From a virus (lineage: Duplodnaviria > Caudoviricetes): a stretch of DNA of 64,000 nt. The translations under genes and the position numbers were made by a program. Positions 47,811 to 58,445 of the stretch are shown piece by piece. The notes beneath the pieces are model-generated. The model searched no databases. It was not told where the DNA came from and was given only the letters and a program-made list of their open reading frames with translations. Location of the stretch: positions 31,584-95,583 of IMG/VR virus record IMGVR_UViG_3300006149_000006; one strand, given 5' to 3'. Within the stretch, counting starts at the first letter, position 1; every line of letters starts with the position of its first letter.

Positions 47811-50800
47811 TCAAAAACCATTGTTCCGGTCTTCGTATTCTAATATTTTTCTATAAAGATTTATTCTTTTTGATTTTGATAAATTTCGCTTTCCATTTAT
47901 ATAGGAACTAAAATCGCGCGGTAAAATTCCAGTTTTTTTTGCAAGCCAATCAACTCTAAGACCATAATCGCCTAAAAATTTTTGAACGAACTTTCTAAAT
48001 TCATTTTTATCATCATACGGCATAATCGAAAACTCCTTTCCATATAAATAATCAAAAACCCTAATATCTCCGTCACTAGATTCTCTTAAAGCAGCAACAG
48101 GTTCGCTTAAATCTTGAATAATATTTATCAACGAATTCCTCATTCTGTAATTCGACTTATCCATCAGAAATAAAAACAGGTATCTTGCAACATCTTTATA
48201 GTCCTTTTCGATCTTGCTAAGGATTTCAAAGACAGTCTTATCCGATATATTTATTTTTTGTGCTTCAAATATGTATTCGCTGCGAAGATTGCTTGCTAAT
48301 TCTCGCTTTTCTCCGTTCGTAAAATTATCGTCATTCCATATACCTTTTGTTTTGCACCTTAAATCTCTTACCATTTCAACAATTCTTCTTTCGTGATCCG
48401 CACAATACTCTCCGTCCACATCGTTTTCTTGAATTAGTATAGAACTTAGTTTGAATTTCTCTTTTCTAGGCATTCTGAATTTATTAATGCAGATTTCAAG
48501 ATAATCCATACTCGTTTCATGCTTTTTATACGACATCCTTCCTCGCTCAATATGAACACCACTATCTTTTTTCTTTATTTCCTGAACCTCTTTAAAACTT
48601 TCCAATACACATTGCTTTACAAATTCATTATCTTTCTCGCGGTATACATAATAATCATCACGATATCCTTTATAGCCATCTATATACTTAAAGAACATTG
48701 GTCTAATGTGTCTGTTCTTCTTGTCTCTCACATCGTACTTTTTCTTTAAGCATTGCAGCTCAAATGTGTTATCCGCTGGATTTTCGCGTTTAGCAGAATC
48801 AATTTCCAGATTACTCATTACATCTAATTGGGCAATATCGCAGTACAAATCCATAACAGATTCAATACTTGCGCCATTAAAAATCCTGTCCCATAAAATA
48901 GAATTGAGTTCCTGCGACAAATTTATAATTTCCCCAATCTTATTTACACTGGTTTTAATATCAAGATCAGCTTTTTCTTCATCTGTATATTTTCTTTTAT
49001 GAACAGCCCCTTCAACCAATTTTGTTGGAACAGGGAAATTTGTATAATTCCTCTTTGCTGCCCGAATGAGTATCTTATTGTTTGTAAGCAACATTGTATC
49101 ACTATCAAAATCCGCACCGGAAAGACGTTCCAGCACATTTTCTTTGATACTGTTGATATATACAATCTCATTTGTAGGATTCATATATCTATTAATTTCG
49201 TCACGGAATACATTCTTCGTAAGTAAAACATTACCCATTGTCACATGGGGGCTGCGGCATCCGAGAAGTTCTTCTCCATCATTGAATCTAGTAGAATGAA
49301 CGGTCTCACAATCAATTACTGAATTGCCATCAAATCTTCCAATCGATTGTTTTAGCATTTCAATAGGATTGCCGCATAGAGTGCTATAATTTCCTTGAAC
49401 AAGAATATGTCCACAACGCAAATTCTTAATATACGATTTAATTAAATCATTACAAAACTCAATATACATTTTCGTGCTTGCAAATTTATCTGTAATCCCA
49501 AGCAAGTTATATATAATATCATTCTTTGAAACTATATCATCTGTATAATGAATTTGGTCTGCTGAACGATAAGAATAGCTTATTTGAAATCTTAAAGCTG
49601 CTGGATCGCTCTTGATTAACTCTGCAAAATCTATTGAAGGTTTTACAAGTTCAAAAACCTCATTGCAAGTCATCTGAAGTGTATTTAATAATTGATAATG
49701 CGTCTGTACCATACGGCCATCAAAGAAGTGTGTTGGTTTTTCATATTTTACAACGCCAAATTTTGACTCGAGACTATCCAACCACTCGTCCAATGTACCG
49801 AACTTCACATACTTGATAGAACTAGGCGTAGTAATTAGTTTTATATCTTCAATACATTTTGCTCTTGTCTGACCATTTAACTGTTCTACTTTAGTGATAC
49901 CATTATCCTTAAACCATTGCTGAATGTTAGCATTAAAGCAACATGACTTAAAAAACCTGCCACGTAATAAAAGCATACCATGTTCTCTAGCATTAGCCAT
50001 TATCTGCTTTTGATGTTCCTGAAATACCAAGAACATACTCCTATCCATAAGTGACTGCCCATCCCAAATGCTATTCGATATTTCAACATCTTCAATCTTG
50101 GTTGCTAAGCGTCCATTAATAAAGCGTGTGGCTGCGACCTTATCATGAAATACACTCCTGTAATCATCAATTACAAGGATATTTTCCGGACGTAATTGAA
50201 TGGTATCTACAATACTACTCAGTGTGAGGGCAATATATGGTTCCAACGCAGCCAAGTCAATATCCTGCCCGTCTTTAACCTTGATTCCACACAATTCCCA
50301 CTTATGCATTTTAGAATACAATCTTTCATCAATAAACAGACATTTACCAACACGGCTTGAACCAGCACTTCGCTTAAACCGCACATACTTAATACCATCG
50401 CAATAAAATCCGTTTTTATACAATTCTTCGCGAATGTTAGCTACACCATTAATTGTAGAAATGTTATTTTTTGCTTTGTATACAGACATATCAGCATCGA
50501 ATATAAAAGCCACTTTCAACACATCTTCTGGAATAGCATTTTCTACATGAGCACCAACCTCAATACCAGCAAGCTCCCCGTTTGAAAAAGCAACACAATC
50601 GTGAAATATCAGTTCATCAAAAATATACTTATAACCAATATAGAAAATTCTGTCACCTTTTTGTACCTTATTGAACAGTTTATTGCTATATTTAAATGTT
50701 ACATTGATTACTCTATAAGTATAGTCCTTTTTATTCGCATAAAATGAAAACGTTTCACTGGGGCAAACTTGAGCAAATACTTCCTGCATTTTAATCAAAT

Positions 50801-50975
50801 CAAGGCTATAATCCAAGGTGTTGATAAACCGTCGTAAATTGTAATTACCAGCTTGATTTCTAAGGCGAAAACCCACCGGGATTCCATTCTCATTTACTGT
50901 TTGACGAATACAGTTATTGGATATGTAAATGTCCTTTCCATCTAAAGATGGAATATTAACTCCGTTCTTAAGCAT
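47811..50975 (-). CDS. yonO: YonO-like single-subunit two-barrel RNA polymerase
   Basis: RSAGSSR.GKC.F, WDGQ, RSPH, RLSGADFDSD catalytic motif, IG.I.N.SQ, EIDSAK; C-terminal HTH; start MLKNG after GAGGGA. Confidence 0.88.
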   Translation of the reverse strand: MLKNGVNIPSLDGKDIYISNNCIRQTVNENGIPVGFRLRNQAGNYNLRRFINTLDYSLDLIKMQEVFAQVCPSETFSFYANKKDYTYRVINVTFKYSNKLFNKVQKGDRIFYIGYKYIFDELIFHDCVAFSNGELAGIEVGAHVENAIPEDVLKVAFIFDADMSVYKAKNNISTINGVANIREELYKNGFYCDGIKYVRFKRSAGSSRVGKCLFIDERLYSKMHKWELCGIKVKDGQDIDLAALEPYIALTLSSIVDTIQLRPENILVIDDYRSVFHDKVAATRFINGRLATKIEDVEISNSIWDGQSLMDRSMFLVFQEHQKQIMANAREHGMLLLRGRFFKSCCFNANIQQWFKDNGITKVEQLNGQTRAKCIEDIKLITTPSSIKYVKFGTLDEWLDSLESKFGVVKYEKPTHFFDGRMVQTHYQLLNTLQMTCNEVFELVKPSIDFAELIKSDPAALRFQISYSYRSADQIHYTDDIVSKNDIIYNLLGITDKFASTKMYIEFCNDLIKSYIKNLRCGHILVQGNYSTLCGNPIEMLKQSIGRFDGNSVIDCETVHSTRFNDGEELLGCRSPHVTMGNVLLTKNVFRDEINRYMNPTNEIVYINSIKENVLERLSGADFDSDTMLLTNNKILIRAAKRNYTNFPVPTKLVEGAVHKRKYTDEEKADLDIKTSVNKIGEIINLSQELNSILWDRIFNGASIESVMDLYCDIAQLDVMSNLEIDSAKRENPADNTFELQCLKKKYDVRDKKNRHIRPMFFKYIDGYKGYRDDYYVYREKDNEFVKQCVLESFKEVQEIKKKDSGVHIERGRMSYKKHETSMDYLEICINKFRMPRKEKFKLSSILIQENDVDGEYCADHERRIVEMVRDLRCKTKGIWNDDNFTNGEKRELASNLRSEYIFEAQKINISDKTVFEILSKIEKDYKDVARYLFLFLMDKSNYRMRNSLINIIQDLSEPVAALRESSDGDIRVFDYLYGKEFSIMPYDDKNEFRKFVQKFLGDYGLRVDWLAKKTGILPRDFSSYINGKRNLSKSKRINLYRKILEYEDRNNGF

Positions 50976-50988
50976 TTGATCCCTCCGA

Positions 50989-51351
50989 TCAAAATTTGGA
51001 TTTAAGACCATTTGCGAATTTAATGTATTCTGGATTATAAAACTCTGCTGTATCAGGAAGCTCATCACGAAATTTGTCAGGAATCTTACCCTGATACCAC
51101 AAATTATTTGTGGCTAATGTTGAACCATCCTTAAATTTAATCCAGAATCTACGACCAGAGAATCCACGGAACGGTCCAGGGCTATTCTCACCACCATCGC
51201 AATAACATTCCCCATGAATAATGATATGATTATCTTTCTCGGCAATAATTTTTCGCCAGAAACTTATATTAAAACATTTATTACTGCAAAGAGTCTTACC
51301 AATGAAGCGGCTTTTATCAATTTTCTTTCCACAAATTTCACATTTTACCAA
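50989..51351 (-). CDS. Hypothetical Zn-finger protein
   Basis: CEICGK..CS..C; GF.GR.F.I...TNNLWYQG.IP. Confidence 0.65.
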   Translation of the reverse strand: MVKCEICGKKIDKSRFIGKTLCSNKCFNISFWRKIIAEKDNHIIIHGECYCDGGENSPGPFRGFSGRRFWIKFKDGSTLATNNLWYQGKIPDKFRDELPDTAEFYNPEYIKFANGLKSKF

Positions 51352-51389
51352 CTAACCAACCTCCAATTTGAAGAAATAATCGTATTTTA

Positions 51390-51863
51390 TCAATTCTTAT
51401 AAAGCACAACCGTATGTTTTTTTAAAATGTCCTGAATAAGCTGGTGAACAATAGGCCAGCCTGCACCACCATTCCCGCAACCAATCATATAAGGCATAGC
51501 AATCGGCTCAGACACGGGAACAATCTTAGAAAGACTATTCATAGCTTTACTCAACGCAGCAATATCCGTATACTGCTTTCCAGACCCAAATCGCTCCTGT
51601 ACAAACAAATTGCAAATTACCTTGCCGTCACAAGTAGGTATCACCAATATCTTGCCAAGAAGATTCTTTGTATGATGATCTTCACAATACTCATGATATC
51701 GCTGATATACGTGTGGATACTTGTTTTTAATTTGTAAAGCAGTTTTATTCCCCATTGTTCCATAGCAATTCACTCGATAAACGATATAGGTTTCCTTTGC
51801 ATCCAACAAGTTACCATTAATAATCTTTACCATTTTCAATCTCCTCTTTAAATATGTGTCCAT
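51390..51863 (-). CDS. Macro domain protein (DarG/Poa1p-like ADP-ribose hydrolase)
   Basis: INGNLL, VNC.G.MG..AL.IK..YP, IAMP..IGCGNGG..W. Confidence 0.85.
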   Translation of the reverse strand: MDTYLKRRLKMVKIINGNLLDAKETYIVYRVNCYGTMGNKTALQIKNKYPHVYQRYHEYCEDHHTKNLLGKILVIPTCDGKVICNLFVQERFGSGKQYTDIAALSKAMNSLSKIVPVSEPIAMPYMIGCGNGGAGWPIVHQLIQDILKKHTVVLYKN

Positions 51864-52232
51864 ACTTCATTTTTCTACTATTCTTGATATTAAACAGATA
51901 CTTACTCCAAATGGTTTAGCTAATATTTTCTATTGCACTTCATCCCCTTCTTTTAGCAATATAGTGTTTTCGTATGATTTTACATCTTCTCTGTTCGTTT
52001 TGGCACACCATATAATGTGGATATGGCAGAAACGTTTTCAGCAACACATCTATGTATTCTGTTATTTTTGTTTTTCCCATTAACATACATGCAAACTTGC
52101 AATTACTCATTTGCTCCTGCATGAAGAGCATATATCCTTTTAGTCTTGGCGTTTCTAATTCCATTATATGCAGAAAACTCCAAACGACAAGAATAATCTA
52201 TATTGTCATAATGAGTACCGCACCACTGTTCA

Positions 52233-53393
52233 TCATTCTTTTCCATTACCATGAATCATTGACTTGAGTTGTGTTATGCACTCACAAATCGCCTGGGCGG
52301 TCTGAATCATTTCATTCGGCAAGTTATCACCCATCGAGATTCTAATAGTACAGCTTGCGTCTCTATCATCAAGATATAACGCTTTCAAAACATGAGAGGA
52401 TTCAAGTGATCCAGCCATACACGCCGATCCAGCAGAAACACAAACTCCTCTTTCGCTCAACAATAACAACATTGCTTCGCTTTCACATCCCGGCAATGTT
52501 AGACTAATGATATTGGGAACACCTCCATCAGCATTTACGATGTACTTCACGCCGAGCTGATCGAGTTTATCCAAAAAAACTGAACGCAAGATCTCATACC
52601 GATCCCTGTCCTCATCCATTGTCCTACTAAGTATCTCTACCGCCTTGCCCATAGATGCAATACCAGGCACATTTTCGGTTCCGGCACGCAAATTCTGTTC
52701 TTGACTACCACCAACGATAATAGATTTTAAATTGATGCCTTTTCTGACATAGAGCGCACCAACACCCTTCATTGCATTAATCTTATGGCCTGACATTGCC
52801 ATTAAATCAATATGACTTACATTCACATCAATAGGTATATGCCCCAATCCCTGGACTGCATCGGTCATGAAAAATACATTATGATCAGAACAGAGATTAC
52901 CAATATCATCAATTAGCTGAATCGAACCAATTTCGTTATTTACAGCCATAATGCAAACCAATCCAAGTGTATCCTTGAAAATGTCCATAACTCTTTCCAG
53001 CTCTTCAATGTCAACGCGCCCGTCCTGGTCAACAGGCATATAAATAATCTTAAATCCATCTTTCTCAAGGGCTTTACAAGCATTAAGAACGGCGTGATGC
53101 TCAATCAGACTTGTAATGATCGTTGTCTTTCCAACGGATTTCAAATATGGCGCGATTCCAAACAATGCTAAATTATCGCTTTCACTTCCTCCAGAAGTAA
53201 AAATAATTTCACTGGGATTTGCACCGATAAAACTGGCAATCTGATGCCGGGCATTATCAACAATCTTTGTTGCTGATCTTCCAGCACTATGTATACTGCT
53301 TGGATTACCATAACATTCATGCACTGCAAATGAAGCAGCCCTGAATGCTTCCTCAGATACTTTTGTTGTTGCTGCATTATCAAGATAAATCAC
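52233..53393 (-). CDS. iscS: Cysteine desulfurase (IscS/NifS family)
   Basis: IYLDNAATT, GNPSSIH, FTSGGSESDN, TDAVQ, SGHK, SAGSAC. Confidence 0.95.
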   Translation of the reverse strand: MIYLDNAATTKVSEEAFRAASFAVHECYGNPSSIHSAGRSATKIVDNARHQIASFIGANPSEIIFTSGGSESDNLALFGIAPYLKSVGKTTIITSLIEHHAVLNACKALEKDGFKIIYMPVDQDGRVDIEELERVMDIFKDTLGLVCIMAVNNEIGSIQLIDDIGNLCSDHNVFFMTDAVQGLGHIPIDVNVSHIDLMAMSGHKINAMKGVGALYVRKGINLKSIIVGGSQEQNLRAGTENVPGIASMGKAVEILSRTMDEDRDRYEILRSVFLDKLDQLGVKYIVNADGGVPNIISLTLPGCESEAMLLLLSERGVCVSAGSACMAGSLESSHVLKALYLDDRDASCTIRISMGDNLPNEMIQTAQAICECITQLKSMIHGNGKE

Positions 53394-53404
53394 AGTATCA
53401 CCCC

Positions 53405-54541
53405 TTATCTGTTAAAATCTTTTGCAATCAATTCATATAACTTTTGTTGACCCTTAGCAGTAATTCGCGTTACTGGAATATTCCTTTTGATCTCCGGATT
53501 CGGTTTATTAACTACCTTAAACCACCCGGCATCAATATATTTTTGATATGGAATATTTGATTTGTCTAAAATCTTTTTATCACGCAAATAACAGAACAGC
53601 TGATTTCTTCCCATATTAATTCTGTGCTGATCGTACAAGAGTTTAGCATAAACTCCAACCGCCATCGTATCTTTACATGAGCCTACAGTTTGAGCAAATT
53701 CAACCTTTACTTTATCGCTTTCTATTTTATCCGCTAACTGCCTATTTTTTGATTCCAAATCACTAATTTTGCTTTGTGCAAACAACAAAGCTCTTGCCAT
53801 CAATTCTTCTCCAGACATCTGCTCCTGACCGGCAATATAACCGCCGTGTTTTCTGATGGAGGGCAGGACTTCATGTGTTATCCAACGTTTAAATGGCTTT
53901 GCTTCTGGCTTGTCTGACCGGAGCAGGACATCGTACAGTCCGCTTTCGTTAATAATGGTCATTTTCTGGTTGCCGCCAAGGGTGCTCACCAGATGAGTAC
54001 CCTTTTCATCAGGATCAAGCCGCCTTGCGGCACTGTCCACTCGTTCAATATTCAGCACCTTGCACACATCCGACAGCACCCACCATGGCTCCCCGTCTTG
54101 CATAAGTATCCGAATCTTGCGTTCTTCATAATTGAAAATCTTCAAATCAGTCACTTTGTTATCGTCATTTCTTTTCCATAACAAGTCTGAATTCACATCA
54201 TCACTCACTGCGTCAGAATCCCGTCCAATAATTCCCAATGAGACAAGTTCTTTTCTGACTCGCTCAATTCCTTTTATGGTATAGTACGTTAATGTAGACG
54301 CAATTATAATTGATTCCCCGTTTTCGAGAAACACTTCATATGTAACTGGATCGATTTTCTTATATTGTTTACAACGAGCAATTACCTGTTTGCACGGAAG
54401 AGTAGAAACACCAAGGTCATCTAGTTCCGATTTTATTTTTGTACGAGCTTTCTGTAGTGCGGCTTTTGTTATCCCAAAATATTCTGCAACTTGAACAGAA
54501 CTAGCCATGCCTAATCCATCAATGCAACTTATATTATTCAA
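53405..54541 (-). CDS. Antirepressor with extra N-terminal domain (BRO-N + ANT)
   Basis: EPWWVLSDVC, INESGLY, WITHEVLPSIRKHG; GRNQLF..LR, TRITAKGQ. Confidence 0.88.
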   Translation of the reverse strand: MNNISCIDGLGMASSVQVAEYFGITKAALQKARTKIKSELDDLGVSTLPCKQVIARCKQYKKIDPVTYEVFLENGESIIIASTLTYYTIKGIERVRKELVSLGIIGRDSDAVSDDVNSDLLWKRNDDNKVTDLKIFNYEERKIRILMQDGEPWWVLSDVCKVLNIERVDSAARRLDPDEKGTHLVSTLGGNQKMTIINESGLYDVLLRSDKPEAKPFKRWITHEVLPSIRKHGGYIAGQEQMSGEELMARALLFAQSKISDLESKNRQLADKIESDKVKVEFAQTVGSCKDTMAVGVYAKLLYDQHRINMGRNQLFCYLRDKKILDKSNIPYQKYIDAGWFKVVNKPNPEIKRNIPVTRITAKGQQKLYELIAKDFNR

Positions 54542-54545
54542 ATTA

Positions 54546-54776
54546 TTATCTCCATTCTTCTATATATTCGTTATATTCATCAATAAACTCTAACCAATTA
54601 TTTTCAATTATTGACTCACCATTGTCATCAACTATACTGTCAAAAAAAGAACATGGTGTATCATCTCCACATTGCTCATACCAAAAACAATCTACACATA
54701 TTTTTCTTTCATTTTTCATATTGACGTTCTCCTTTTTATAACGCATTCCTCCTTTTTGAATCATATTCATCTGCAT
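54546..54776 (-). CDS. Small Cys-rich protein
   Basis: C.DC.W..QC...C; real start probably about 54719. Confidence 0.55.
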   Translation of the reverse strand: MQMNMIQKGGMRYKKENVNMKNERKICVDCFWYEQCGDDTPCSFFDSIVDDNGESIIENNWLEFIDEYNEYIEEWR

Positions 54777-56580
54777 TTGAACGAAACAGATATTTTACGA
54801 AATCACTTTCCTGCATATCTTTTCCATTGTAACTTTCAGTAGAAGAAACGTTTAGTATTTTCTCTGCCCTTGTAATGGCAACATACATAAGTCTTTTTTC
54901 TTCATCTACATTGTCATTTTTCGCATGTGGAAGTAACCCTTGATCCGCTCCGGCAACAAACACAATCGGAAACTCTAATCCCTTTGATTTATGTATTGTC
55001 ATTAACTGTACAGAATTTGCATTCTTACTTTTTTCCTTTTTTAATTTTGATAATCCATAAATAAATTTATCTGCATCTTTATATCTCGAAGCGCTGTGCT
55101 CAAGCGTATTCAAATTATCAACTCGACTATCATCATTATCGCTTGTCCCTTTTGAAACATACGAATCAAGGTCTAATTTTTCTCTCAAATCCTTAATTAT
55201 GCAGCCAACGTTTTTATAATTACTTTCACTAATAGATTTGACAACAGCATGAATTGAATTGACAGGATTTCTATATCTCCAATTTGTATCACAAAGCTTA
55301 AACATTGCACAGTATAACGAGATATTATCTTTTCTTGCAATCCGCTTTAATTCCCGCAAAAAGTCTTTTCCCAAGTACCTGTTTGGACGGTTATAGACAA
55401 ATTCAAACGCTTCGTCGTCATTAATATCGCAAATTAATCTCAAATAACAAAGTACGGTTTTTATCTCATTACGGTCAATAAAGGAGCTGCCATCTAATGT
55501 TGTATAAGGTATCTTTTGCTGGCAAAGAGATGTTTCAAAATTCTGTAACTGTGCATTTGTACGTGTCAGAATCGCAATATCTTTATATTTGTATCCAGAA
55601 TCGACATACTCATGTATTTTCTGAGCAATCCCATTTGCTTCCGCAAATCCATCTGAATAGCGTACATAATGAGGTCTTTCAAGCCTACCTTTGTTCGCAA
55701 TACTCTCAACATAGTGTCGGTGCTTTGACTCTGGTATATATTGGGCGAATTGATTTGCTGTTTCAATAATATCAGCGCTGCTGCGATAATTCTTGTTCAA
55801 GTGGATAATCTTTGTGTTTGGCCAATCATCGTCAAAATTCATTATGTATCGGTTATCACTTCCACGCCATTGATAAATCGCCTGCAATCCGTCTCCGACA
55901 ACGAAAACATTCTTATGCTTTTCGCCTATAAGCCTGATAATTTCATATTGCACAGCGTTTGTGTCCTGCATTTCATCCGCTAAAATAAACTGATATTGTT
56001 CCTGACAGTATTTCAGTCCCTTGCTGTTATTTTTTAAAATTTCATAGCATTTTACCAGCATATCATCGAAATCCAGAAGATTATGCTTCGCTTTATATTC
56101 TTCATAACGATTATATATTCTTCCGTTTTTTGACCTATCTGGAGACTTCATTTGGTTCTTTTGAAGAGATATGTAACTCAAAATATCTGAAATTTCCTGC
56201 CCGGTTGCGTCTTTCTCCCGGTGATAGCGTTCCAAGATTTCTTCAATGATCTTCACTTTCTTCCAGTCTGCATCAAGAATATCAAAATCTTCTTTGTTGA
56301 ATTTCCTTACAACTCGAAATCCAAACGAATGAAAAGTTTCAATATTAATAAACTTTGCGGCATTTGGAATCATCTTCGTAAGTCGGTTTATCATATTTTC
56401 CTTAGCTTTTTTGCTGAAAGTAATTGCCAAAATCTTACTTGGTTCAACATTATGATCTTCAATCAGTTTCACGATCCTGTTTACAAGTACAGCGGTTTTA
56501 CCGCTCCCAGCAGCTGCTATCACGTTACAGGAACCTTTATAAAAATCAACTGCTTCCTGTTGAACTTTACTCAGTTTCAT
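54736..56580 (-). CDS. UvrD/PcrA-family helicase
   Basis: AAAGSGKT, DEMQD, VGD..Q.IY.WRG, NYRS, TIHKSKGLEF, YVAITRA. Confidence 0.95.
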   Translation of the reverse strand: MKLSKVQQEAVDFYKGSCNVIAAAGSGKTAVLVNRIVKLIEDHNVEPSKILAITFSKKAKENMINRLTKMIPNAAKFINIETFHSFGFRVVRKFNKEDFDILDADWKKVKIIEEILERYHREKDATGQEISDILSYISLQKNQMKSPDRSKNGRIYNRYEEYKAKHNLLDFDDMLVKCYEILKNNSKGLKYCQEQYQFILADEMQDTNAVQYEIIRLIGEKHKNVFVVGDGLQAIYQWRGSDNRYIMNFDDDWPNTKIIHLNKNYRSSADIIETANQFAQYIPESKHRHYVESIANKGRLERPHYVRYSDGFAEANGIAQKIHEYVDSGYKYKDIAILTRTNAQLQNFETSLCQQKIPYTTLDGSSFIDRNEIKTVLCYLRLICDINDDEAFEFVYNRPNRYLGKDFLRELKRIARKDNISLYCAMFKLCDTNWRYRNPVNSIHAVVKSISESNYKNVGCIIKDLREKLDLDSYVSKGTSDNDDSRVDNLNTLEHSASRYKDADKFIYGLSKLKKEKSKNANSVQLMTIHKSKGLEFPIVFVAGADQGLLPHAKNDNVDEEKRLMYVAITRAEKILNVSSTESYNGKDMQESDFVKYLFRSNADEYDSKRRNAL

Positions 56581-56646
56581 TTAATCAACCTTCCTCTTTT
56601 GTTAAGTCCAATATTTCTCCCAGGTTTCTTTGACTGTGCATTCTAA

Positions 56647-57039
56647 CTACTCATTTCTGATCATTTTTTCCTGTTTCATTTTCGCACCGCAACAAGGACA
56701 ATAGTTTATAGCTGGCCTATCCACCGCATAATCCCCAACGGGGCTATGCACCCCGCAAACAGAACAAACAGCTGTTTCCATAGGTTTATATGAGACACAA
56801 TGGCCAAAATTGCGCCAATATCCGCACTTCACCGGCGCAGCATCCTCAACAACCGGCTCGTCTGCGATCATTTCCTCTATACGTTCCAGATGGTCATAAT
56901 TGATCTGTTTATCTCGCATCAAATATGTATAACCACAGCAATATCTGGTCAAATCGTTTTTCTGTTCTCGAATCTTTTCGAGCAGTTTTTCCCTGTCAAT
57001 CAGTTCCATTATTTTCTCCAATTCAATCCATCTTTGCAC
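56647..57039 (-). CDS. Zn-ribbon phage protein
   Basis: CSVCG...NYCPCCGAKM. Confidence 0.75.
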   Translation of the reverse strand: MQRWIELEKIMELIDREKLLEKIREQKNDLTRYCCGYTYLMRDKQINYDHLERIEEMIADEPVVEDAAPVKCGYWRNFGHCVSYKPMETAVCSVCGVHSPVGDYAVDRPAINYCPCCGAKMKQEKMIRNE

Positions 57040-57304
57040 CGCAATTAGGACAATAATTATCTGGCGTTCTCAATTTGTGACATACCGAGCATTCGGAATG
57101 ATATTCACCGCTCAATGGATTCAGATTGCCGCCGATCCAGCGACCATGTACTACTGGCATAACATCTTCTGCTTTAATATGCATTACATCCCACGATGAT
57201 ATTAAATTGCAGCAGGCTCCCGGCCACGGTGCAGCTTTCGCAAGGACATGTTCTCTCTTGACATATTCGATCTTCTTCATCTCCATATCATCCTTATTCA
57301 ACAA
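57023..57304 (-). CDS. Zn-ribbon phage protein (paralog)
   Basis: PVVHGRW..CSVC...NYCPNCGAKMD. Confidence 0.75.
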   Translation of the reverse strand: MLNKDDMEMKKIEYVKREHVLAKAAPWPGACCNLISSWDVMHIKAEDVMPVVHGRWIGGNLNPLSGEYHSECSVCHKLRTPDNYCPNCGAKMD

Positions 57305-57650
57305 ACATCTCCCTAAACACTGTCAACAGGTTCACAAAATCATCAAACAGCGGAAGATATTGTGCGTTAATAAATTGTTCATTCTTTGCAGTTTCGAGTC
57401 TTTCAAATGGAGCAAATGACATTTCTCCTCGGTCTACACACAGAACGCCAAGAGATAATCCCATTTTATTTAATTGATAATGCACATGATCTTTACCGCT
57501 CATTAACTTAATAATCACGTTGCATCCTGTTCTCTTGCAGAGTTCATTTGCAAAAACCTTATAATCCTTCACCTTGTAAATTTCCATTTTTATCAAATCC
57601 TTTCGTTTTAAATTGCTTTGAATATTTACATCCGATTTTTTATCATCCAT
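57294..57650 (-). CDS. Hypothetical protein
   Basis: ORF with probable start MEIYKV. Confidence 0.55.
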   Translation of the reverse strand: MDDKKSDVNIQSNLKRKDLIKMEIYKVKDYKVFANELCKRTGCNVIIKLMSGKDHVHYQLNKMGLSLGVLCVDRGEMSFAPFERLETAKNEQFINAQYLPLFDDFVNLLTVFREMFVE

Positions 57651-58092
57651 AATTGATTAAACTATCTTAATCCCTAATCACACCAGTTTTCTATCCCTCT
57701 ATTCGCATTCATACAATGAAAATCCCCACAGAACGAACATCATTATACGTTCTCCTGATGCTTTTCATCTGAATACCCTATTGCAGGGCTACCAGTATGC
57801 TGCTCACCATCTTATGTGAACGTATCATGCACTGCATGAACACAAAAGTAATAGCAAGGAATGTATTCGATATATTCGTTTTCTTCCTTTTGACATTGAA
57901 CCATATACTTACCTCATTTCTTCATTTAATTACGTTGATTTTTCATCATATATAGCTGGGGGTATATTGAGATATCCCCCTAACTATATAGTGCTGAGTT
58001 TTTAACTGCTACACAGGGCGAATTCAGCTCAAATTTGATTTTAAGCTCAATCAGTACAGTTCTTCATCATCTGACATCGAAACAGCATCAAC

Positions 58093-58225
58093 GTATGACC
58101 CTTTCTTCAAAGCAACATCCTTTACACTCAATTAAAAAACTCCTCTCTTGTTTTCATGGACTATTTTACCATTATTCAATACATATATATATAATAATGG
58201 GGAAAAAGTCCTTTTTACTTTTTCT
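58093..58225. repeat. Repeat P, copy 1 (leader + gene start; long imperfect hairpin)
   Basis: Near-identical to 59520-59650; GGACT..CCATTATT-(AT)n-AATAATGG..AGTCC. Confidence 0.9.
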
Positions 58226-58328
58226 ATATCCTTATGGGAGCAACCCGCAGGGCAGCGACCTCCTCTTTGTTTACGTCAGAACTGTGACTAGATTCAGAAT
58301 AGCACTTATATATAATTAGATATAATAT

Positions 58329-58445
58329 TAAAAATTACTTATATTGTTTTGGCATTTGCCAAGACTAGCTTGCTAGTCAATATTGCTTTGCACATTTTCC
58401 CCCGCAGGGGGATAAATTATTTAAGTGGACTATTCATTAGCTTTG
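58329..58445. repeat. Repeat T, copy 1 (gene end + mini-hairpin cluster)
   Basis: Near-identical to 59725-59844. Confidence 0.9.
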
